A DNA stretch of 64,000 bases from assembly GCA_002497905.1 (NCBI GenBank), contig DAFJ01000024.1:260-64259 (forward strand), in the 5' to 3' direction. Below the pieces are notes generated by a model. That model saw nothing but the letters and a program-made list of their open reading frames with translations. It ran no database searches and was not told the origin of the DNA. This DNA is from Euryarchaeota archaeon UBA251. Lineage in GTDB: Archaea > Thermoplasmatota > Poseidoniia > Poseidoniales > Thalassarchaeaceae. The stretch's first letter is position 1. Every line of letters starts with the position of its first letter. Below are positions 51,496-59,800 of this stretch, in pieces. The translations under genes and the position numbers were made by a program.

Positions 51496-52259
51496 TCCTC
51501 TTCGGTCAAGCCATCGGATTCAGCTTCAATATCTTCTATGGAGCGTCCTACGAGGCGGATGAAGATGTCCTCCAAGGTTTCTTCATTGGTATCTCTTAGA
51601 TCTGAGAGTCGTCCCGCTGCAAGAACCCGTCCGTGATCAATAACTGCTACCCGCGTACAGAGTCGTTCGGCGATTTCGAGGATGTGGGAGCAGAGGAAAA
51701 TAGTTCCTCCATTACCTACGTGTTCGAGTAGGAGTTCACGACATTTTCTTTGATAGATGGGGTCAAGGTTCACGAATGGCTCATCGAGGAACAATAATCG
51801 AGGCTCATGTATGAAGGCCGAGGCTAGCATGACCTTCTGTCGTTGACCTTTGCTCAGATCCTTGCATAGCGTCGTTCGTTTGTCAGTCATGCCAAACCAA
51901 TCAAGCCAGTATGCTACCTTTTCTGATAGATTGTCGACACGCCTGAGACGTGCAACAAATTCGAGAAATTCAGCCGCAGTGAGGTAGGATGGAGGAGATT
52001 CAGATTCAGGGACGATTCCAATATTAGCCTTGACAAGTCGCGGTTTATCTCCTACGTCGATACCGAGAATCTTAGCTTCTCCTTCTGTAGGTGAAAGCTG
52101 ACCCGTGAGCAGACGAATGAAGGTGGACTTCCCTGCTCCATTTGGACCGAAGACCCCGAAGAATTCACCTGATTTGACTTTGACATCGAGGGGTTGTAGG
52201 GCGACGAAATCACCGAATCTCTTAGCGAGACCCTGTGCCTCGACCAAAGTCTCGGACAC
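51492..52259 (-). CDS. ABC transporter ATP-binding protein
   Basis: GPNGAGKS, LSKGQRQK, FLDEP, SH; start moved to GTG 52259. Confidence 0.93.
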   Translation of the reverse strand: MSETLVEAQGLAKRFGDFVALQPLDVKVKSGEFFGVFGPNGAGKSTFIRLLTGQLSPTEGEAKILGIDVGDKPRLVKANIGIVPESESPPSYLTAAEFLEFVARLRRVDNLSEKVAYWLDWFGMTDKRTTLCKDLSKGQRQKVMLASAFIHEPRLLFLDEPFVNLDPIYQRKCRELLLEHVGNGGTIFLCSHILEIAERLCTRVAVIDHGRVLAAGRLSDLRDTNEETLEDIFIRLVGRSIEDIEAESDGLTEEE

Positions 52260-52263
52260 TGAG

Positions 52264-53097
52264 TCACTCTCCAGTCCACTCCGGGGTACTGCGTTCAAGG
52301 AAGGCATTTACCCCGATATCTTTGTCTTTTGTGTCGAAGAGATCTACGAACATGTTGTGCTCTAACAGAACACCATCTGAGATTGGATGATCAAGGGCGG
52401 CCCTCACAGCACGCTTGGCCACTTGGACTGTTAGTGGGGATTTGGAAGCCAGATTCTCTGCGAGTTCCATCCCTTTATCCATTAGTGAATCAGGCTCAAT
52501 CACGTGATTGACGAGTCCAATACGATGGGCTTCTTCTGCATCAATCATGCCTCCCCCCATCACCATCTCCATTGCACGGCCGTAACCGATGAGCCAGGTA
52601 AGTCGCTGCGTTCCTCCGCCTCCGGGAATTAGGCCGAGATTAATCTCGGGAGTGCCAAACATGGAGCGAGGGGTAGCAATCCTGATGTCACAGGATATGG
52701 CTAGCTCGCTTCCACCGCCGAGAGCGTATCCATCAATTAGTGCGATAGTTGGTTTTGAGATATTCCAGACAGCTTCCCAGACATTATCTTCAAACTCAGG
52801 ACGTATTGTTGCACTGTCTTTTCCTTTGAAGTCAGAGACATCGGCTCCTGCGACGAAGGCATGTGGTTTGGGACGTTTACCTTCCGGAGCTGGTCCTGGC
52901 TTTGCACCTTGGAAAATGATGACACGGACATGGTCTGCATCATCTGCCCAAGTAGCGAGTTCTTTGATTGCCTCCTTGACTTCATGATTTAGAGCATTCA
53001 GTTTCTCCGGCCGATTTACAGTTGCAATAACAACAACCCCAGTTCCAGAAATGACTTCTTCAACCGTCAGTTCATCGATGTCAGGTTTCTTGACCAT
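52264..53097 (-). CDS. Enoyl-CoA hydratase
   Basis: NRPEKLNAL, AFVAGAD, GGGSELA, PEINLGLIPGGGGTQRL. Confidence 0.9.
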   Translation of the reverse strand: MVKKPDIDELTVEEVISGTGVVVIATVNRPEKLNALNHEVKEAIKELATWADDADHVRVIIFQGAKPGPAPEGKRPKPHAFVAGADVSDFKGKDSATIRPEFEDNVWEAVWNISKPTIALIDGYALGGGSELAISCDIRIATPRSMFGTPEINLGLIPGGGGTQRLTWLIGYGRAMEMVMGGGMIDAEEAHRIGLVNHVIEPDSLMDKGMELAENLASKSPLTVQVAKRAVRAALDHPISDGVLLEHNMFVDLFDTKDKDIGVNAFLERSTPEWTGE

Positions 53098-53159
53098 AAG
53101 GGGGTGGAAGCGCATTCGATACATAGCATCATGGTTTGAAAAGATCCAGTAATCCACCC

Positions 53160-53975
53160 TCATTCAGGGGGTGGTGGCAGGTCCATATCACCTGGAGGAG
53201 GAGGTAGGGGGAGTCCTCCCTCGCCAGGCAAGGGTGGTGGAGGCAAGCCTCCAAAATCTAGAGCAGGTTCCTCTTCAGCAGCTCGGAGCCCTTCATCTAG
53301 AGGGATTCTTAGTTTGATTACACGGTTTTCATCGATTTGGATAAGGATTCGACCATATGGGTGACCTGGCTTGGGAGATTCTGGTTCATCGATGATTTGC
53401 AATGTGTTTCCAGGTTGCTTAATCAAATCGCGAAGTTCCTCATTTCCAGTTCGAATATATCTAGAACGAAGGGTATCCCCTCTAATTTTCGCTAACTGCT
53501 TCCTTCTGCGTTTTTCGACTTCAATACGGATTTCATCCTGAGTGGTTCGCCGGGTCTCGACGACTGTATCGATCTCGGTTTCAAGCATTGATTGAGCATC
53601 AATTTCGACCACATATTCCTGTGCCTCAACCACGTCTTCGACAATTGCTTGAACCTCGACAAAAGCCTCCTCGTCAGAGTTTTCTTCCTGCTCCGTGACC
53701 ACATCAACACCCCTAGTACGCTTGATGGGAACCTCTGGTTCAATCGAATCAGGAAGCTCTTCGTCATTGACTTCTTCATCTTCGCTTCGCGTCTTGGACA
53801 TTGATTTCCGTGGTTGGGGAGCGGGTTCTCCACCAGAGAACATCAGATATGCAAGCAAGATGAGCAGTATTCCAGCGTATGTCATCTCGCCATTTAGGGT
53901 GAGATCAATGGAGAGCAGACCGAGGACTCCAATGAGAAGACTCGTCCAGAGCACCAATCGGAAGAAGGATGCCAT
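53160..53975 (-). CDS. Two-TM protein with acidic region and poly-proline C-terminal tail
   Basis: Two N-terminal TM; ends GGLPPPPLPGEGGLPLPPPPGDMDLPPPPE. Confidence 0.7.
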   Translation of the reverse strand: MASFFRLVLWTSLLIGVLGLLSIDLTLNGEMTYAGILLILLAYLMFSGGEPAPQPRKSMSKTRSEDEEVNDEELPDSIEPEVPIKRTRGVDVVTEQEENSDEEAFVEVQAIVEDVVEAQEYVVEIDAQSMLETEIDTVVETRRTTQDEIRIEVEKRRRKQLAKIRGDTLRSRYIRTGNEELRDLIKQPGNTLQIIDEPESPKPGHPYGRILIQIDENRVIKLRIPLDEGLRAAEEEPALDFGGLPPPPLPGEGGLPLPPPPGDMDLPPPPE

Positions 53976-54024
53976 TGTTCCACCTTTTCTAGGCCACAAG
54001 GTCACGTGTATTGAGGTTGGTGCT

Positions 54025-54615
54025 TCATCCTCGGTCTTCCAGCAGTGTCACCAGTCGTGCCATTGCATGGCCACGGTGGGAAAGAGCCTTCTTTTCATCG
54101 ATGGACATTTCTGCAAATGTCCGCCCATCTCCATCTTCGGGGATGAATAAGGGGTCGTAGCCAAATCCTCCGTCTCCTCGAATTTCTTCCGAAAGCCGGC
54201 CACGGCAGCTACCCTGGGCTACAAACCTCTCTGATTCGATTTGGAGCACAATTGTAGATTGGAACTCAGCACCACGTTCTCTCCGTCCACGCATTAATCG
54301 AAGAATCCCTTCAAGGCCTAGACTTTCGAGTATATGGGCAGAATATACTCCTGGGAAATTAGGATGCGCATCGATGAAAAATCCGGCATCTTCGACCATT
54401 ACACCGTCTATTTGGTGCGCATTTTCAACATAAGATTCGGCTTGCTCGATTTTGCTCAGAGCAACGGTAACTAGGTCCCTAGCTTGTACTTCGACAAGTT
54501 GTACCTTATTGGTACCGCCTACGATGGAGACAATTTCGTATCCCCATGGTTCAAGGGCATGCTTCGCTTCTCGTAACTTACCTTCGTTAGAGGTTAGGAA
54601 AAGAATTCTCTTCAT
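54025..54615 (-). CDS. rdgB: dITP/XTP pyrophosphatase (HAM1 family)
   Basis: TSNEGKLRE, EDAG, PGVYS, GFGYDPLF, SHRG. Confidence 0.93.
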   Translation of the reverse strand: MKRILFLTSNEGKLREAKHALEPWGYEIVSIVGGTNKVQLVEVQARDLVTVALSKIEQAESYVENAHQIDGVMVEDAGFFIDAHPNFPGVYSAHILESLGLEGILRLMRGRRERGAEFQSTIVLQIESERFVAQGSCRGRLSEEIRGDGGFGYDPLFIPEDGDGRTFAEMSIDEKKALSHRGHAMARLVTLLEDRG

Positions 54616-54616
54616 C

Positions 54617-55282
54617 TCAACCATGGTATCGAACCCGCCCCCTGATCTGGTTGAACCGTTCGATGACCTCACTCGCAGATGGTTCACCACTGTCTTGTTG
54701 ATCAGCGTAACCAGTCAAAACCTCCTCGAGGGCGTATGGATGATCGGGGTGACTAGCACTGAGGCATTCGTTTAGAACTTGAATATCCTGTCCGAGAGCT
54801 TCAATTTCAGGTGAGAGGCGACCGAGTCCGAAATCAATTAGCCCAACTCCTTCCTTCTCATCCCACATGATGTTGTGCGTGGTTAGGTCTCCATGAGATG
54901 CACCATTGAGGTGTAGTCGCCGGATGTTTGCCCCTACTGAGCGCAAAACATCTTTCGTAGAAGATTCAGACATAATGGAAGAGCGTAAGTGCTCAAACAG
55001 CGGGAGGCCGGGAATACGCGTCATGATGATAGTTCCTGTATCGATATCTGCATCGAGGATTAGTGGAGTATTCATTCCAATGTGGTGCATTTGGCGGAGG
55101 ATTCGCAATTCGCTGAGGATGCGTGTTTTGGTCAGCGCACGATCCAGACTTGGATCTCGATATCCTCGTGGCCGCCTAACTTTCATCACGGCCTCTTCAT
55201 CGAACCATTGTCCGAGGTGGACAAGCCCCTCTGCGCCTTCATGAATAAGGGGTCCTTCAGACCACGGCATGCCCGCCCCCAT
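54617..55282 (-). CDS. bud32: KEOPS kinase Bud32
   Basis: GAEG, K.R..RGYR, HGDLTTHN, IDFGL, C-terminal RVRY. Confidence 0.9.
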   Translation of the reverse strand: MGAGMPWSEGPLIHEGAEGLVHLGQWFDEEAVMKVRRPRGYRDPSLDRALTKTRILSELRILRQMHHIGMNTPLILDADIDTGTIIMTRIPGLPLFEHLRSSIMSESSTKDVLRSVGANIRRLHLNGASHGDLTTHNIMWDEKEGVGLIDFGLGRLSPEIEALGQDIQVLNECLSASHPDHPYALEEVLTGYADQQDSGEPSASEVIERFNQIRGRVRYHG

Positions 55283-55328
55283 GACTCCACGGTGAAGAAG
55301 ATGGATTCAAATGCACCGGGAATGACGC

Positions 55329-56480
55329 ATGTTCGAAATGAGTGTCGGACTCCCTGTGGCCTCCTGCGCATTCGATCCTGATGAAGAGAATCATCGTCAG
55401 CGGATTATTGCGGCGAAAGCTGCCTTGAAAGATCGAGTATTGATTCTCGGCCATCATTATCAGCGCGATTCAATAATCGAACATGCTGATGCTACGGGGG
55501 ATTCCTTTAGCCTCTCTCGGCTCGCTGCAGATAGTACTGCGGATCATATTGTGTTCTGCGGCGTCCATTTCATGGCCGAGTCAGCAGATATACTGACAGA
55601 TTCCACTCAGATAGTGAGCATGCCTACTACGAGGGCGGGGTGCTCTATGGCGGATATGGCGAATGTACCCGATGTCGAAGAGTGCTGGGCGACACTAATC
55701 GATGAGTTCGGTTTGTCTGATCCAGCGAATCGAGAGGATCCAGATCAGGTTGCTAAGGAGGAAGATGCATTCCTTGTTCCTGTGACATACATGAACAGTT
55801 CCGCTGCCCTCAAGTCCTTCGTAGGTAAGCATGGAGGGATTGTATGTACCTCTACAAATGCGCGTGGCGTGCTTGAGTGGGCGCTTGAACGAGCAGGAGG
55901 TCAAGGCAAGGTTCTCTTCTTCCCTGATCAACACCTTGGCAGGAATACTGCACTTAGTATGGGCTTCGATGAGCCGGATATGGCAGTGTGGACCCCCGGG
56001 GAAATATGGGATGATGACAGTATCCAAGCGGCTCGATTCATCCTATGGCATGGGTACTGTTCCGTGCATCAGAGGTTTACAGTGGATCAGATTGACCGAT
56101 TGCGTATGACTCATTCTGATGCACAAATCGTAGTCCATCCTGAGTGTAGTCGTGAGGTTGTCGATGCCGCCGATGCTAACGGTTCCACAGACTATATTCG
56201 GAGATATTGTGATGCTGCACCTTCTGGATCTATTATCGGCGTAGGTACAGAGGTCAATCTTGTTGAGAGATTAGATGAACAGTATCAAGATAAATCGATT
56301 ATCTGCCTTGATGATTCAATATGTCCTTGTTCAACAATGTACATGATCCATCCTCGATTCTTAGCAGAGCAACTTGAGGCAATCCTCAGAGGGGATTTCA
56401 ATCGGAATGTTATCGCAGTCGATGATAGAACGGCGAAGAATGCCTCGATTGCTTTGAACAGGATGTTGGCGACCCAGTGA
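55329..56480 (+). CDS. nadA: Quinolinate synthase
   Basis: GHHYQ, FCGVHFMAES, AGCSMADMA, YMNSSA, CTSTNA, PDQHLG, CSVH, HPEC, CSTM. Confidence 0.95.
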   Translation: MFEMSVGLPVASCAFDPDEENHRQRIIAAKAALKDRVLILGHHYQRDSIIEHADATGDSFSLSRLAADSTADHIVFCGVHFMAESADILTDSTQIVSMPTTRAGCSMADMANVPDVEECWATLIDEFGLSDPANREDPDQVAKEEDAFLVPVTYMNSSAALKSFVGKHGGIVCTSTNARGVLEWALERAGGQGKVLFFPDQHLGRNTALSMGFDEPDMAVWTPGEIWDDDSIQAARFILWHGYCSVHQRFTVDQIDRLRMTHSDAQIVVHPECSREVVDAADANGSTDYIRRYCDAAPSGSIIGVGTEVNLVERLDEQYQDKSIICLDDSICPCSTMYMIHPRFLAEQLEAILRGDFNRNVIAVDDRTAKNASIALNRMLATQ

Positions 56481-56729
56481 TCAAAGTTCGCCAGCCTGCT
56501 CACGCAAGCGCCAGACACAAATGTCGTATCGGCCGGAGAGTGCTCCACCGCGCTTCGTAGTCGAGACCTTCTCGATGTCCTTGTCCTTGGACAGAACATT
56601 CCCCAATTGCTGAGGGGTGGTTCCGTGTCGAGTCGTGGTATTCACGTGCTCGAGGATTTCAGTTGTGTTAGCCTCGCCCTTTTCGGCGAGGAATCTCTTG
56701 ATGCGTTCTCGTAGTCTTGTAGTTCTCAT
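56481..56729 (-). CDS. Small basic winged-helix protein (DUF3860-like)
   Basis: NTTEILEHVN...HGTTPQQLGNVLSKD.DI...SGRYDICVW. Confidence 0.8.
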   Translation of the reverse strand: MRTTRLRERIKRFLAEKGEANTTEILEHVNTTTRHGTTPQQLGNVLSKDKDIEKVSTTKRGGALSGRYDICVWRLREQAGEL

Positions 56730-56977
56730 TGTTGTTCCCTCCTATTGGTCATCCAATCGACAGAGGCCCATTCGCAGATTCTGTAGCCGGAAGAGAGCAC
56801 ACCACTCCTACGTACGAGATCGACACGGACGACCTGAGAATCAGCTCGAAGCATCTTCTCAATCTCCTCTAGGCTCGCACTATTGCCATTAGCGTGTGCG
56901 TGCTCTGCAATCTCGGACGTATTCCGAGGTTTATTCTGGAGGTAGGATCGAATTAGAATTCTAAGATTCTCGCTCAT
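56726..56977 (-). CDS. Paralogous small winged-helix protein (DUF3860-like)
   Basis: RNTSEIAEH...RRSGVLSSGYRICEW aligns by eye with 56481-56729; ATGA overlap. Confidence 0.75.
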   Translation of the reverse strand: MSENLRILIRSYLQNKPRNTSEIAEHAHANGNSASLEEIEKMLRADSQVVRVDLVRRSGVLSSGYRICEWASVDWMTNRREQQ

Positions 56978-57002
56978 TTCCGGGCCTCCAGGTCTCTACC
57001 GG

Positions 57003-57105
57003 CACAATCGTCGCAATGTACAACTCCAGCCGATGTAAGCGCCATGGTCGGGGGGGTTATCAAATGACCGCCGCCATTCTGGAAGATAGTTACACATTCG
57101 TCGCA
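57003..57105. repeat. 13-bp direct repeat CACAWTCGTCGCA, 90 bp apart
   Basis: CACAATCGTCGCA 57003-57015 and CACATTCGTCGCA 57093-57105. Confidence 0.7.
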
Positions 57106-57261
57106 GAAAATACCTTATTTTTCTGATTTAACGATTAGTTCATGCTAACATTTAGCGCACCTACTCCGTTTTATGTAACAAATTGTAACTTAAACAGTTG
57201 TTAAATAAGAAATATATCAAGATTGAAATATGAATGTGGTTCAGACGCTTCTGAGTACACA

Positions 57262-59799
57262 ATGGCGAATCCGATCAAGGTCGCGAGGATTCGGGGTCGA
57301 CATCGTCGACTTATCCTCATTCAACTCGCTGTTGAGTCCGGGACAGTGACTGAGATTGCCCAGCGAGCCGGTCTTCATGTTCCTCACGTGTCGACGGAAC
57401 TCAAGCGGATGCGTCAGGAAGGACTCATTGAACTAACGGATGCTCCTGGAAGTAGAGGAGCATCTCTTGCATTAACTGCCTCTGGATTCAGTATGTTGGA
57501 GTCAGATGAGCTTTCACGGATTACTGAAGTTTTGTTCGAGGAACAGAAACCAAAATCATGTGCAGTCATCTCTATTCTTGGCCGGGATGCTCTCCTTCTT
57601 CTCTCTGATCGTGTCGAATCTTCGGTTGTACACCTTCCATTGATTGATGGTACATGGACAATCGCGGAAACCCGTGAAAGGAGTTCACGCCATTACAATC
57701 AGATGTTTGAGAGGTTGGATGCTCATTTTGAGTCCAATCCTGAACGCTTGGAAGGTTGGTTGGATGCTCGTTTCGGTCTGTTGCGGATTCGATTGTTAGA
57801 CGATGCTGTCATCAATCGTATTGCATTGAACCGTTGGGTGGAAATAGATACTGGATCTTACGATCAGGAACATCCACTGTCCGCCGACCCATCTGCTTGG
57901 CAGTTAGGAAGAGTAGGGCGCGACGGCCCTCCTGCGATGTCAGTAAACTCTGTAGTTAGTCAAGTAGCTTCTGATGAGGTGTCCATGCAACTTATTCAGA
58001 TTGCAAGTACTGGTGGTGCATTTTCAATCGGCCGTCGTCGAATACTTCAGAGGGAAAGCACACCTTTGCCCCTCGGAATTCTAACCGATTGGATAGAAAT
58101 TGTACATCCTCGCCTCCGACCTCAGGTCCGTTCCTCTCGACTTGTTGCGCTTCAAGAACACATCCTGCGTGGTCGTACCGGCGGTAGAGCCCGTCGAGTA
58201 TCAGATGCGACTCTTCGTAGATTCAAAGATGACTTTGGAGGGCGAGAATTCACAGAGGAATGGGATTATGATTACGTTACGATTAACGATCTTTCAGCGA
58301 CTGGCATTCAGTCTCTACTTATCTGGGCTCTGAATCGACCGATTTCGATGCCATTAGTCCTTGACGTTCCAACTCCTTTGCCAGATGTACTTTCTCGTAG
58401 GATTCATCGTTCTGAGGACTTACGACTTCTCATCGCACCGTGGTCCACAATCCAAATGACACGCGGCGATCGTCTCGAACATCACCCCATCCATCGTCTC
58501 CCAGATCTCCGCTGGATTCGTTCCGATGGAACCGAAGGTATCGTGCATATTGGATATGGTGCACCCTCCTTGTTTAGGCCACCTCTTGGATGGAGTGTCC
58601 CAGATAGTCCCGAGGAACTCGATGATATGTCAACTTCCTTCACTACATCCATGCGTCCTCCATTGATTGAGGATACTCTTGAGGAGCAAATCCTGTATGC
58701 TTGTTCCATTCATGGTGATGGAGACGAAAAATTCGCTAATTCGATAGAACGGGTTAACCCATTGGCAGCATGGATTGCATCGAGTGATGTGAACCGGATT
58801 GACCGTTGGCAGAGAACTCATGATCGCATGGAAAATCACTGGTCAAGTCTACTTGCAGTAAATCAGGTTCCAATCTCACGTATTCCTGAGATTATCTGGA
58901 TTACTTCGGATGAGTGGAGGTTTGCTCTTGATCAACATCTCAATGAAGTTCTCATCGTCGATGATGAGAAGCGCAGCATTATGCGTCGAATTGCGTTGTA
59001 TGCGGAGGATGAGATGACGCGTTCTTGGGCGTCAGGATGCCTTCTATCAATCGCTCAATGGTTAACGAATAATGAAGTCGCTGATTTGCTTCGATGGGGG
59101 ATCGATGCTTGGATTAAATCTCCACCCATTCGTTGTTCTGGTACTTTGTCAGGTATTGCCTATCTGCTATCGATGTATCCCGAATCTCGCAAGGGAGGTA
59201 TCGAGATAATCTCTGAATCTCTTATTCGTAGATCCTACACTCTTCCAGTCAACCATGATTTACAGACATGGAGGTTGTTAATGCATTGGAATGAATTTGG
59301 TTCTGCACCTGATACAAGGGATATCATACGCATTATCCAGCATTTACCATGGTCATGGTGGTCATCACACGCTGCCGAGGTTCTCACAATTCTTACCGAG
59401 AGTGGGGCTGGTCGTTCAGAACTGTCATGTAATCCAGCTCCTTGGCCGGCTCTTCTCTTCCAGCCCCTCGATTCTGAGATTGCTTTGCCCCTTGCTCCTC
59501 CGGGAATCCATCCAGGTTTTCGTCCAAGCCTTTCAGATAGAATTCGACGCCTACTATCGTCTACGCGCTTCGATGAAGCGGTACAGGATTCCTTGATCGA
59601 TGCGGCTCAAGCTATCGAGGATATGAGGGCGGACCGCCCCCCTCGTCCAGGCTCTACACATCGTCACGTAGGTTGGCTTTGTCGCCCAGTAGAGCAGTGG
59701 CCTTCTTCTCATCATCTAATCGATGTTGATGGTTCTCCTGCAATTATGCAATTACTTGGTAGAATGTCCGCCGGAATCCCTCAGATACCGTATCGGTGA
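57262..59799 (+). CDS. Large hypothetical protein with N-terminal winged HTH (ArsR/MarR-like)
   Basis: GTVTEIAQRAGLHVPHVSTELKRMRQEGLI...LTASG, followed by about 750 aa of Trp-rich unknown sequence; start moved to ATG 57262. Confidence 0.75.
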   Translation: MANPIKVARIRGRHRRLILIQLAVESGTVTEIAQRAGLHVPHVSTELKRMRQEGLIELTDAPGSRGASLALTASGFSMLESDELSRITEVLFEEQKPKSCAVISILGRDALLLLSDRVESSVVHLPLIDGTWTIAETRERSSRHYNQMFERLDAHFESNPERLEGWLDARFGLLRIRLLDDAVINRIALNRWVEIDTGSYDQEHPLSADPSAWQLGRVGRDGPPAMSVNSVVSQVASDEVSMQLIQIASTGGAFSIGRRRILQRESTPLPLGILTDWIEIVHPRLRPQVRSSRLVALQEHILRGRTGGRARRVSDATLRRFKDDFGGREFTEEWDYDYVTINDLSATGIQSLLIWALNRPISMPLVLDVPTPLPDVLSRRIHRSEDLRLLIAPWSTIQMTRGDRLEHHPIHRLPDLRWIRSDGTEGIVHIGYGAPSLFRPPLGWSVPDSPEELDDMSTSFTTSMRPPLIEDTLEEQILYACSIHGDGDEKFANSIERVNPLAAWIASSDVNRIDRWQRTHDRMENHWSSLLAVNQVPISRIPEIIWITSDEWRFALDQHLNEVLIVDDEKRSIMRRIALYAEDEMTRSWASGCLLSIAQWLTNNEVADLLRWGIDAWIKSPPIRCSGTLSGIAYLLSMYPESRKGGIEIISESLIRRSYTLPVNHDLQTWRLLMHWNEFGSAPDTRDIIRIIQHLPWSWWSSHAAEVLTILTESGAGRSELSCNPAPWPALLFQPLDSEIALPLAPPGIHPGFRPSLSDRIRRLLSSTRFDEAVQDSLIDAAQAIEDMRADRPPRPGSTHRHVGWLCRPVEQWPSSHHLIDVDGSPAIMQLLGRMSAGIPQIPYR

Positions 59800-59800
59800 C

